Source: Macrostomum hystrix (Eukaryota; Animalia; Platyhelminthes). From it: 64,000 nt of DNA. Positions 35,993-48,301 of this stretch are shown here, piece after piece. The DNA lies in assembly GCA_950097015.1 (NCBI GenBank), contig CATNEN010000032.1, positions 1,798,001 to 1,862,000 on the forward strand, in the 5' to 3' direction. Position 1 is the first letter of the stretch. Every line of letters starts with the position of its first letter. A program made the position numbers and the translations under genes. The notes under the pieces are model-generated. The model did no database searches. It was not told the origin of the DNA and was given only the letters and a program-made list of their open reading frames with translations.

Positions 35993-37834
35993 CTAGACCG
36001 GGTGCAGCAGGTGCTCCGGTGGCAGGGACGCGAAGAACGGATGATGAAGTGCGGCTCTCAGTGCGATCCTCTCCTCGGGCTCAAACTCCAGCATCCGCTG
36101 CATCAGGTCCAGTAGGTTGCGCGAGTCCGCCGTCTCGTCGCGCAGATGACGCTGCAGTGGCCGACAATTCTCGCGCACGAAGCGGCCTTCGGCGCCGTGC
36201 TGGTCAAAGTCAAGCCGGCCGTGCCGGAACAGACCAGAGCGCGATGCCCGGCTCATGCGGTAGGGCACGTGACCCAAAATTCGCTCCATCATGGCTAGGT
36301 GCTCCCGGTCTTCGTGCGTCTGGAACAGAGTGAAGCCCGTGTACAACTCGAATAGGATGCAGCCGATGGACCAGACGTCGCACGGCTGCGACCAACCGAT
36401 GTCGAGGATGACCTCCGGGGCTCTGTAGTGCCGGGTTGACACCACACTAGAGTGATGCTCATGGTCAAAAGTTGCCGAGCCGAAGTCGATCAGCCGAATG
36501 TCGGTACGATCAAGCATTCTCTCGTCCTTCTTTCTGCGCGGATTGTAGAAGGTGGTGTAGCTGGACTTCACAAGTAAAATGTTCTCTGGCTTCAGGTCAG
36601 TGTGAGTCAGCTGGTTGGCGTGAAGGAAGGCCACCGAGTGGACCAGTTGGTAGCCGATGTGCCTCACGTGCTCAATCGGATAAGGTGCGAAGTCATTCTC
36701 TTTGAGAAAATCAAACACTGATTTGCCGAGCAGATCGAACACTAAGCAGGCGTGACCATAGAACTCAAACCAGCTCAACAGCCGGATGCACAGGTGCTTG
36801 CCATCGGGATCGTTCTCTTCCAGCTTTTTTAAGACATTTATTTCGAGCATAGCTGCTTCGCGATATTTGGCGACGTTCTTCACGATCTTCACCGCAACGC
36901 GGCTCTGACACAAGTCCTGCATGTCGATGCATTCAGTCACCTTGCCGAATGTGCCCTCGCCGAGGGTCCGAGCGATACGGTAGCGATCTTTCAACACGTC
37001 GCCAAACGCGTAGATTAGGTGACCGTCAGAGTCATCTCGGTACGGCGACTTCTCCTTGCAGAGAAGGCCGGCGCCACGGCGAACTCGCCTACGGGGCTCT
37101 GCTGCTTCTGCTGGCTCTGCCGGTGGGGCCGCCACAGATGTTGTCCAGCCGACATCCTCGTCATTTGGCGAGCGACGACGCCAATGCCTTCGTCGCTCCA
37201 GTCTCGCACTAACATCCTCTGTCGCTGCGGTCTGCTCATCCACACCGTTTCGTACCTCGACTGCTGCAGCATCCGAACTTTCTTGAGTTGTCGTCGTTGC
37301 GCCAGTTGCTTGCTCAATCGCAGCTCGTCGCCAAGATGGCGGCGACGATTTCGCCAGCGGCAGCGTCGGTGACCCGAGCTTCGCCGGCGATGAAGACGGC
37401 TTAGGCGATGGCTTATTCTGGGCTGGAAGCCTCGGAGGAGACTGCTCCTTCGGTGGCTGTTCGAGGTGGGCTTGTGTCGAAACTTGTCCGCCAGTACGAA
37501 GCGATGCAAGCTGCTGGCCTAGCTTCTCTAGATCGCTCCGCAGTTGTTCAAGCTGACTTTTACGACAGTGCCGGCTGACTGGCGCAGCTGGCCGTGGTAC
37601 AGCCACTGCGACAGCAGCTGGTGACTGTGGTGGCTCTGGTTCAGGATCCTTGAAGGTGAGCGGAATCGCGACGTCTGTTCGGGCCCCGTGGTAGCCTCTG
37701 ACCTGGCGAGCTCTGCGGCGAGTGTGCGCCTGCTGGGCCGACGATGCTTGCGGCGCTGCGTCCTGCGTCATTTTGGTCCGCACTTGTTTTTCGAACTTTC
37801 CGTCGGAGATCGAAGCTAAGCCTTGTACCAGCAT
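35993..37834 (-). CDS. CLK2: CDC-like dual-specificity (LAMMER) kinase, coding region uninterrupted by introns
   Basis: DDSDGHLIY, LGEGTFGKV, VAVKIVK, HTDLKPENILL, DFGSATF, STRHYRAPEVIL and the signature EHLAMMERILG. In-frame stop upstream of ATG 37834. Confidence 0.96.
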   Translation of the reverse strand: MLVQGLASISDGKFEKQVRTKMTQDAAPQASSAQQAHTRRRARQVRGYHGARTDVAIPLTFKDPEPEPPQSPAAVAVAVPRPAAPVSRHCRKSQLEQLRSDLEKLGQQLASLRTGGQVSTQAHLEQPPKEQSPPRLPAQNKPSPKPSSSPAKLGSPTLPLAKSSPPSWRRAAIEQATGATTTTQESSDAAAVEVRNGVDEQTAATEDVSARLERRRHWRRRSPNDEDVGWTTSVAAPPAEPAEAAEPRRRVRRGAGLLCKEKSPYRDDSDGHLIYAFGDVLKDRYRIARTLGEGTFGKVTECIDMQDLCQSRVAVKIVKNVAKYREAAMLEINVLKKLEENDPDGKHLCIRLLSWFEFYGHACLVFDLLGKSVFDFLKENDFAPYPIEHVRHIGYQLVHSVAFLHANQLTHTDLKPENILLVKSSYTTFYNPRRKKDERMLDRTDIRLIDFGSATFDHEHHSSVVSTRHYRAPEVILDIGWSQPCDVWSIGCILFELYTGFTLFQTHEDREHLAMMERILGHVPYRMSRASRSGLFRHGRLDFDQHGAEGRFVRENCRPLQRHLRDETADSRNLLDLMQRMLEFEPEERIALRAALHHPFFASLPPEHLLHPV

Positions 37835-39761
37835 CAAAGCTTGGTGCGGAACCTCTTGCCTGATCTCTCTCTCTTATCAAGCGCTGGTTGCCCAATGGTA
37901 CGCGTTCCTATCCCTCATCTACGAATGTGCGGCGCGCAAGTCTGCGCTGTGCTGCGGTCTGCCGTGCGTGCAACCGGGAGCGGGAAGCGAACAAAAGACC
38001 CGCTTCGAATCCCTGGCCCAGTAACAGCTTCCAATGGCTTAGTGCATTTCAATGAGTCATTTTGCGGCTCCATCTGGGCGAATGTCGAAACTTCCTTGCC
38101 TATTTCTTCTTCCCCGGAACCTTCCATCCCATACTTGGCCGGTGTGCACCCTCCCACTGGCTTCCATTCCTCTAGAGAGGAATTGGATTCGCGGAAAATG
38201 TCACAGCCGGATGCGAGGTAAGTATGGGAAGTGCAGACAGGCGGCAGCCGCGCCTCTATTCAGATCCGCAAGTGAAACCGTGCGCCAGCGAGCTTTGGTC
38301 CACTTCTGCCATGTTCTGCAAAATCAAGATAGACCGACAGGGGGTTTTAAATTAATATAAAATAAAAGAACACACTTCAGAAAGTTTAGCCAGCTCTGCG
38401 CAGCAGAAGTTTCAATTTCTAGCGATCCGAATTAAATCAGAAAATCGCTTTGAAAACGCTCAATGCGAAAGCACTGAATTGTGACGACTCATCACGCGGA
38501 TGCATCTGATCAGACTTGAAGATCTGACTTCCAATCGGCGGAGATCTACTGAAAGGAAGTGTTTGAAGCGACCAAAACTCTGGGATTTGTGAACAATGCC
38601 TGCAGATCCTGGCTGCATGTGATGGTTGGGGCGGCTGCAACCAGTGATTAAAAAAGCCCCCCCAAACCTGTCATTGTTCTCAGCTCTTCAGCGGAGCAGC
38701 AGCAGCTGTCACCAAGTCACGATTTGGACTGAACTGGAGCCCGACTGCCATAATTTCCGTTGTCTACTATTGTTTTCCTCATTCTCTCCCCACCTCTCCT
38801 GTCTCTCTCATCTCGACTCAATCTTCCTGAAGCTGAAGCTCTCCCTCCTCTCTATGCTGCGTAAATTTTTGTGGGCTTTTGGTTCGTCCTTTCGCTATTT
38901 TTCCGAAAGATGAAGATTAAATGGAAATGGACATGGCTCCAATATCTCGCTCTATCTTTTACCGTCGGCGCCTGAAAAAAGGAGCGCTCGTGCTCAAATT
39001 CGACTCTCAGCGGCTCAATCGTTCTTGTTACATGGCCTGCAGCCCCACCTCGAGCTCTCTCGCACCTTTCCGAGAATGAAACCGCAGAGAAATAATTGAA
39101 GGAAGCCCCGAGTCAAACGCGAAACCTCCGAGAGCAGTTGATTGCTGACAAGAAAAATTCGCAACTAAATTGGGAATCCAGTTAAAAGTAATCAGTATTA
39201 CCTGAAACTATATCAGATGCTACCTTGTGTGCTCGCAGCTTGAAATTCAGAGTAGCTCGTATTACATTTTTACATAGAAATTCTTTTTGTTCTTGTCGAC
39301 CTTGTAGATCTTTGTAGTACTCGGTGACGTCTTTATACATGCACTTTGATACAATAATATCAGAGTTCTGAAAGTAGAGTAGTCGATATTTCAATTAATA
39401 ATAGATTACAGCTAACAAAAAATTGAAGACATTATTAAGACAAAGCCTCGAGTTTCTGCCTTAAAATGTGAGTGAGTAGGACACGCGAAAGTTTTAAAAC
39501 TTGGAAACGCTCGTAGTTCAACTTTTTTGCTAATAAATTTGGAGCATTTAAGTTACATCGTGCCACAGCTGACAGTTCTGAGACTGTGCTGAAAGTTATT
39601 GTTGGAGGAAAATCGCAAACGCTTGATGAGCACAATGACTTCCTAGTCTTGTTGGCTGCATTTTCTCTTTCTACACTCTGTGTTACGTTTCTGCTTGCTT
39701 TTCTGTCTCTCTACTGAGCTTGACATCGACATGGCAACCAGAAAACTGACAGCAATGGCAG

Positions 39762-39795
<34 letters not shown>

Positions 39796-40593
39796 TCTGA
39801 ACAGGTCCCAACTGCTTCTCTCTCTTCCTCTCCTCCTCCCGTGGGGCGGCAAGCGCGCCCGCTGAGGGAGCGGATGCTGGTAAAAAAGGCAGTAAAGTGA
39901 TGATGCGCTCATGCAGCTTTTTGAGAATCTGTCTCAAGCGCATTAGATCTGCAGTCAGTCGGGAACTCAGAGGTGAGCGTGCTTTGAGGGCGGGGGAGGA
40001 AACTGCCTAGATACAGGGGGAGTACGTCATTGTTCTCATTCACCATTGCCTTAGTTCAGATCACGCAGCCAGGTGCTGCAGCGACGGTCGCTACAGCTTC
40101 GCTTGCTCCTGGCTGCCAGCTTTTCAACAGCCGCTTCAAACTGAAGGGAGAATTTTGTTTGTCTTTTTCTCATTGAATCATAGCTAAAAATGATCTATAG
40201 AATGCTTTGATTCAATTTTCACATGGCTTCGGAAGGGAAGTAGAATCTGACACAATGGCTTGTCGTAGCAGCCAGAACAACTTCACCCACCCCACGATTC
40301 ATTCCACCAACTTCCTCTCCAGGGGAGCGGCGGACAGGGCAACTCTCGAATGGGATTTGCCGGCTCAGCCGCTTTCCTGTAAAAACTGCCAAAACTGGGT
40401 GTCCGATCAGCTCATGCAATCCGCCCGCAGTGCGCCTTCCTGCTGGCTGGCTGTCTCGATTTATTTCCTTAAAAATGACTTGCTACGAATTCGATTCCTG
40501 CCGGAAAGAAAAGATGGCGACCGAGTGGTCCAACAGGCCTCTGCTTCACTTTCCCGTCTCCGAACCCTAATACTGCACGGCGCTTCTAAAGGT

Positions 40594-40650
40594 TTTATAC
40601 AGCTGTTCAGTCCATGGACTGGGGACTGCTACACCCACCCAGCTCTCTAA
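40594..40650 (-). mobile_element. SINE family 1 3'-end fragment
   Basis: CAGCTGTTCAGTCCATGGACTGGGG...CACCCACC matches 16148-16185 and 17825-17865. Confidence 0.65.
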
Positions 40651-43600
40651 TGGCAGTACATGTATAACAGCTTGATGAACAGGAGCACTACATACTTTGT
40701 TATTTCGCTGAAGGACAAAATTGTTTCATTTTATGTTTCATTGCAATTTAGTACCCGATGCAATTGAGTATAGGAGCTGGAGGTTGGGGCATAAAATGCT
40801 CGATTTGACTTGCTTAAAATCTCAGATCTTGGATAGAAGAAGACGGTCTTCTTCCAAAATGAACAACTTCTGTATAGAACAAAGCTAATTTCATGAAGTC
40901 AGTCAGCTACATTTCGTGCGACATCTGCTAATGCAACAGACCATGCGTGGCCCCTTGTGTGTGGCCCCTTTGGCCTGTTAGAAATTAGGCCAGAAGGTTG
41001 GCGAATATTGACATCCTTCCCTACCGGCTGCTTGGAGAGCACACACACCTTTGAGATCCGGATTTTCCCGCGCTAAGCAATACAGTCTTCTGGCCAGCTG
41101 GGCCGGCACCTGATCCCTCGAGTCGGAAATCTCCCAAGACCCTGCTCCCCACGCACCCAATTAGACGGTGAGATCTGCACGCAATGGCTTCAGCTCGGCT
41201 CCTGTTCCTTCTGTCTCCGGGGCTCGCAGAGAGAGAAGCAGAGAGACAGGGAAGGGAAAGATAGAAGACCAGCGTCATTAAGGGATGGCAATCCATGATG
41301 ATGAAGATCGGACAGGAGTCTGGTGAGGAAAACGTGTGCAACATCAAATGGGTGCGGCCGCATGGCCTGTCTTTAGTGCCAAGGCTCTTCCCTCCGAGAA
41401 AGAGTGAGACCGGGACAGAATCGAATGCATCGGACGGAAGGTGAAATCCCATTCCCTGTTCTGCTTTCTTATTCCAAGAAAGAAAAGACGCAGAGAACAG
41501 ATTTAAGAAACACAAAAGCCACACCCAGCAATGAATTGAAGACCCAAGAGCCCGTTTACTTGGTGAGGAAAGTTCGGTTCAGTGCCAAACTGCATGCGAA
41601 AATAGAATTTATGCACACATAAGCGCACGAATACATCTTCCATACCTCTCTGACTTCACTGGTCCTACTTTGCTGACTGGTGATTCGAATTTGGGTGGAT
41701 ACGAGCAGCCTGAGCATAATTTGTTCCATTGTGCTCATGCGCTCAGCATTGCCGGGCCACACATGCTGGCTCTGGTTGAGTAAACACGTCTTGGCGCAAG
41801 GCTTTGTTGATGCCCTGTGAGCACACAGCCCTCGTTCTCACCAAGTAGGGTGTCCACTATTCGCTCAGCCTGTCTTTCCTTGTTTTCTCGGTCTCGGTTC
41901 GCTTCTTTGCCTCTCCAATTTTCATTCTATTGCTTCGCAGCAGCTCGGGGCACCAATGATTCTCGTCTGGTGCTAAAGGTTGGCACGATGAGTCCTTTCC
42001 GGTGAGAAGGGCCTTCCACCCCAGCCCACCACCCCAGTGCTGCGTCTGGACCCATTAGACCCACGATGCATGGTGCGCGTGCCAGTGCTCGCTCAAGCTC
42101 GCAACTAGTTCACGTATGACTCAACGGTCAACAAAGCAAGATTTTCAGAACTCATGGAAAACCATTTCTTCCTTCCTTTCTGCCCCGGAGACCAAAAAAT
42201 ATTCTCTGTAAGGCCCACTCTATAGCGCTCCGCCTTCTCTCGCGGGTCCAGTCAGTTCACCCAGAGAGAAGAGGGAGCTATTGTTGCCTGCTGCTGCTGT
42301 TGCTGCTCAGAAAAAGAGCGCCACGCGTGCCAGACCACACGACTGTACCACTTACCAGGGCGGCCACTGGAGGAGGTGAATGCGATGTGAAGCTAACCCA
42401 GCAAAAAAAATTATGAAATTAAACTCACGGTGCAGGAGTTTGCCAAGCAGCTTTAATTCATACTGTGCTAATGCTCGATGGTAACAATATCAGCCAGGAG
42501 CAACATATGCTCTGGCTAAAATTAGCAATTTACCAGTTGAAGCCAATGAGCAGCTTGAGTTCTTGACTGAACTGGCCAACGCTGAAACTGCATAATGGTG
42601 CTCCTAGTTTTTAATGTGTTATCGTTTCATTATAGTTTTAGCAACTTACATCACAATAAGAGTAATGTTATTTAGCATGGAATGGTGTTTTGAATTGACT
42701 TATGTCGGCCCTCCAAATTCGCTGTTTCAATGTAAGCCGAAATCCTTTTCGATTACGCCGGATGGCTGAATTCGTACTTAAAACTGACGAAAAAATAGAT
42801 GGGTATTTTCTGTTCAAATAAAGCTCTATGGCTCGAGACCCAATCACCTATGAATGAGTGGTAGCTCAAATGTGTCAATCAAACGCGTTTGCTACTTGAG
42901 TCTTAACTTTGACCATTAAACAGAGAGATGCTTGTGAGCACCCCATTGAAGACTCCATTTCTCTCCCTTACCCAGAGATCACGGCGGAAACCCCAGAGAC
43001 CCGTTGACTTCTGAATCGGGAAATATAGTATGTAGCATATGCAACTACCTACATGCATACTACACATGTATATTAGGATCCTTAGAATTTGCCAACAGAT
43101 TGGATTTGATTCGACCGGAAGCCTAAAGAGTGCCTGCCTAAAGGCAAGACCTAATATATATATAGAGCTTTCAGCAAGACAAACTGGGCCAAGCTGAAGA
43201 CAGCGGATGTTGGACCAGTGGTTTTGGTTTGGTTACTTTTTTAAGAAGCAAGCGATTCCAGGTCTGGTCCGCACTGCACACAGGAAACCCAGACTGCCTG
43301 TTGAGCCTGTTAAAGTGGAAGGCAGCACAGTTACGCGCTTCGCTTTTACTGCTGCAAAGGACCAGAAGAGGAGTGGAAGATAAGTGTTCAGCTTGTTCTA
43401 TTCCGTTTCAGGCTTTCAGATTTTAGACAACAAACTACACATCCTATGCATGTGAAACCTCATCGCGCAATTTCCCACTTCTTACACGTCCGAGTTTGGT
43501 GAGGGACTATTAGGCTTAGGACAGGGAGGAAGGCAGGTGGCGCAATTGCAAACAGAAACAGGTTCAGGTTTGCAAGGCTCCGAGTGTGTTTGAAGATGCG

Positions 43601-44625
43601 CAGCTATAACCCCAGCTGTTGTTGTTGTTGTTGTTGCCGATCCGTTCCGCTCCTACCAGGCTCCGAATCTGTTCACAGAAAGGAAGTTAAATTAGAAGCA
43701 CCAACCAGACGTTTAGCCGACAGGGTGCGCGACAGAGGCGGAGGAGCCCCTGAGCAAAGCCAGCGACTAGTGTACATTTGATTGCGCCAGGCCCCAAGCC
43801 ACCCCAGGCCGCGTCATTCCACCCGGCCCTCCTCAGACCCTCCCCCCAGGGCACGGTGCTTGGGCTTCAGAGCAGAGAGAGGAAGGAAGGATTGGAGCGC
43901 CACAGCGGAGGATGGGGTGGGGCTCGGGGCGCTGCGAAAGAGCCTGCGCGACCTGGCCATATAATAAGCTCACCAGCGAAAACAAGATGAGAGCGAATTA
44001 AAAAGGGACTTAGTCTACGCCCCTCCTATTCGTTTGTTCGCCTGTAGAATTGATGGCTGTCTGCTGCTGCTGCTGCTGAATTGAGAAAAAGCCAAAGGGT
44101 CCGTGTATTTTCCACTTCTTTTCTGTCTGCTAGTCTGCGCGAGTGCCAGCGAGACTAACTCCAACAAGCCGCAGCAGGCCACAGGATTCTCTGCTCAGAT
44201 TTTGGTGAGTGAATGGTGAGCTGATTCTGCCTAGTTGCCTCGGCGCAATTAAGCGGACCAACCGCAAACGACACTCCCACCCCACTCCTAAGCTCACTGG
44301 CGCTGCCCTGTCACCCACCCACCTGTGCCCGATAAAATCAATAATAGGAAGGAGCTTGTTTCTCGGCACTGCGCGACAGGGCCCCGACCTACAGTTATAA
44401 TATATAGGGCCCAAGTTTTGGATCTTCCAAGATATGGCTCCGATCTGAACCTGGACCTCCCCCTCCCCAGTCCTGTAGGCAAATTCTAGCTGGTGAGCAG
44501 AGAGCTAAGCAGATAGACGCACCAGCCCCTAGGCAAATAGGGACAGGAGAGATAACAGCAATCAACGCCCGGCTCGTGGTATCGGCTTGGAAATTTCAGA
44601 CCAACAACAGCAATCAGCAACCGCC

Positions 44626-47600
44626 ATGAGTCTTAAGCTGGACGATAGTCCGTTTCACCATTGCCGCCTGTGCACCAAGGCCTACTCATCTGAGAAGAGT
44701 CTAAACAAGCACCTGAGAAAGAAGCACCACGCTCACAGCCTAGTTGGCAGAGCCAGTCCGGTGCTGAACCTGGCCGACTCCGCCTCCTCGGACGATCACC
44801 GACTGATGACCGTGTCAAAAGGTGACATCCTGACTCTAGCCGTGCCAGTTGTGCCCTCCGTTAGCAGCCGAGCTTCGCTGGATGACATCATCATTGTCTG
44901 CCCAGAATGCGGCGGCACCATCAAGAGCAAGAAAGGTGTCGCCAAGCACTACATGTGCTTCCACAATGCCGTATACACCGCCTGGAAGTCCGGCTGGTTT
45001 GGTCGCAGTGTTCGCCTAATGGACCTGACCCGGGAGATGATTCGGGAGTTTCACGCCTCAGAAGACGTTTCATGCGGCACCGGCTTGGTAGCAAAGGAGT
45101 CGAAGGACCCGAATGTCGTGGAGGCTGCCACGGATGAGCCAGACGCCGCTGACACCGGCCTAGTTCTGGACTGTAGTGTAGACGAGGCGGAAGACGATTC
45201 TACAAATCTGTCGGGCCGTTCAGGCAGCGAGCTGCTGCGCTTCCCGACAAAGCTGCAGTTGCCGGAGCCGAGTCACAAGGCTCCGCCGAGTGTTGGACTT
45301 GTCGCCCAGCGACCGGTTAAGCGATCCAAGCTGAAGACACAACTGGCAACCACGGCGCCATTCTTCATCACCAAGAATGGCCAGCTAGAGTTTAACAGCA
45401 ACGAGAATCCGCTCGACATCAACTGTCCATTCTGCATCACGCACAAGACCACAATCAAGGGCCTAGCCAAGCACTGCGTCAATCATCACCCAGACGAGTA
45501 TGCCGGCTGGAAGAATGGCAAGTTTGGCAGCGTTCAGCTGCGCTACGTCCGACCAGACGCTGGCATGGTGAACCAGATCCTCGGCGAGTTCCAGCAGCCA
45601 ACTAAGCAGGTGGCTGAAGCGGCTGGCACAAAAGAAAATGAACAAACTGTATACGGCGACGATACTGCAGCTGGAAACTCCGGCTCGGCCAGTTCAACTT
45701 CGCCACCTCTGCAGTCCTCGACATCACCATCTACGGAAGCAGTCGGCAGCGGAAACCGGGGGTTGACAGGAGCCACCATCGGTGCACCCACCTCTGCTGC
45801 CACCACAGTCGCTGTTGCAGCTGCAGCTGCTGCCGCAGCCGCAAACCTTAGTATGTTCGACGACGAAAAGCAGGCTACGCCGTGTCCATTCTGCGGCGAG
45901 CTAATCTTCTCCAAGGGCATGGGCAAGCATTGCATCTACTTCCACCATGATCAGTACCAGGAGTGGAAGGCCGGCAAATTCGGTATTGTGCCGCTGCGAT
46001 TTGTTCCTAGCCAGCTTGGTTTAAGCGGCGATGGCAAGGAGCTATCAGAGCGGGCGCTAAAGCGACGTGAGGCTCGCAAGAAAAACGGAATTAGTATCAC
46101 TTTGCCGCTGACGGAGACTGCCGGTTCGGCCCTTGGCGCGTCCGCAGCGGCAGCGACGTCTCCAGCGGAGGCAGCGACACCCGATGCATCTTCAGTAAAC
46201 GTCACTATGCGCATCAAGCCGAGCATCTTCCGCGGCGAGGTTTACCGTTGTGGCGAGTGCGATCGCGTATTCGAAAAGTCCAGCAGTCTCAGCCAGCATC
46301 TGCGCATCCACAAATACGGCCCTTCGATGTCCAAGCTGGGCTTCCAGCTGCATACTCCAGACGAAGCTGCTAATGATTCAGCTGAGAATATTGACGACGA
46401 GGACGATGATAGTGGTGTGTTCGTCTGCCACTGCTGCGAAGCAGCGTTTGACTCTGCAGACGAGCTGAAGCGACACCTGATTGAGCGACACCGGGACACT
46501 GACGAACCTTTGCCACCGAGCGAGGAAGAGACCGAAGAGATCGACCGCTCCGTGCGCTTTATGTGCCACCTGTGCCACAAGCTGCATCTTACGCGCCGTA
46601 GTCTGATCGGACACATCCGTACTCACCGAGCCGCGGCCAGTCTGTCTGACGATGAGAATACTTCAGCCATAGCCGCGAGAGAGCCAGGCGAGCTGTCACC
46701 GGAAGCGTCACCCTCGTCATCACCATCCTCGATGTCGCAGATGTCCCAGAACCGACCTGACCGGCACTTCTGCAGCGTCTGTCAGTCGTGCTTTCCGTCG
46801 GCACGCAGCCTAGCGCAGCACAATCGTGTACACAAGTTTGGAACTCCCATGAAATCCCAGAACGGATCGGCCGCAGTAATTTGTGACGATGACGCCGAAG
46901 ATGATAACGTCAGCGAGGATTTGTCTCGCGATGGCCGTCTACAGATTTCCGACGCTGCTTCTTTCCTCGATGCAGCCTCAATTAAAGCGTCGTGCCCAAA
47001 GTGCGGTAAGGCCTTTCGCGACAAGTTCTTTCTGCGCGACCACCTCGGCCGCTGCTTCGCCGAGGCGCTGGCCGATGGCGAGCTCGAGATGAGCGACCTG
47101 GCCTCCATGGCTGGTGTGCCATTGGTTGGTTCGAAGTCTGTGAGTCCTTATGGCCGCGCAGCCTGTCTTTTTTACGAATTCTTTAGTCGAATGGCGGGGG
47201 ATTTCATTTTGATTATTCTGAATTTCACTCTCCAGTATTTTTCTAAAAATGTGTTATTTATGAGTAGTATTTTACGTATGTTGCGTGTTTAAACATGTTT
47301 TTTATTCATAGCTACTTTTTAACTAGGCAGATTAGTGAATTGTGTCACCGAAGTCCATTATGGATGTGGGCATTCGATACAAACATAGCGTACAAAATTC
47401 ACTCATGAACTTCTGAATCCTGGCTAAACTCATCAAAACCAGACGAAACCTGAACTGCTCTCAGTCAATCATTGTCTATGGGCTAAAGTTAGGAGTGTAA
47501 TAACGCTAAAATGATGGACAAAACTGGACGATTCTAATTACCGTCCTTCACATTTCACCATTCATCATAACTGGCAGTTATCTGGGAAAACAAAAAAATT

Positions 47601-48270
47601 AATATGAAGAAATCCAAATCCATTAACGCCATGAGACTAGGCGCTGCACCAAAGGTAAATTTACATAGTTTTACAAACTTATAGGCAAAATATCATAATT
47701 CGAATGTAAAAACAGAGTACAACTCGGGAGAATCACTCGGAAAAACCGCACCGAATTCAGGACTCAGCCGAGGAGCAGCAGTCAGCGCCAGTCCTCGCCT
47801 TCAAGTGTCCCGACTGCGACAAGGCGTTCAGCACTCAGGCCAATCTCGCCAAGCACAGCATTGTTCACAGCTCCAATTCTGTTAGCTGCAACCTGTGCCA
47901 CCGAGAGTTTCGCATGCCCTGTCATTTGGCTAGACATTTTTGCGACGAAAAACTGCAGCAACAGCAGCAGCAGCAGCTGATCTCAAGTTTAGAGGTCACA
48001 GCTACCCAGGCTGCTAATAATAGGCATCGCTGCGAACTGTGCAATCAGGTTTTTCAATACGCCGAGAATCTGACAGTGCATCGCCGGTTTTGTCAGCAAC
48101 ACGGCAGAAACTCCGCCGACGCCGAGTCAGACGATGATGCATCGGCTGGCCAGATGCTGCTGCTCGACTGCGAGGACGAGGAGCACGAGTGCTCGATGTG
48201 CAACGAGACTTTCAGTGATCGGGCTTCGTTAGATAGTCACGTGGTTAGCTGCAGTCTAAATCGGTTTAGT

Positions 48271-48301
<31 letters not shown>

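Noticed and set aside
37915-38157. MGGC-starting myristoylation-like peptide or CLK first exon
   Set aside because: The start codon is GTG, and no splice path into the CLK frame was found.
39643-44500. Numerous short ORFs between CLK and the zinc-finger gene
   Set aside because: No homology recognised; the pattern fits UTR exons and promoter sequence, e.g. a likely 5' UTR intron at ~44492-44599.
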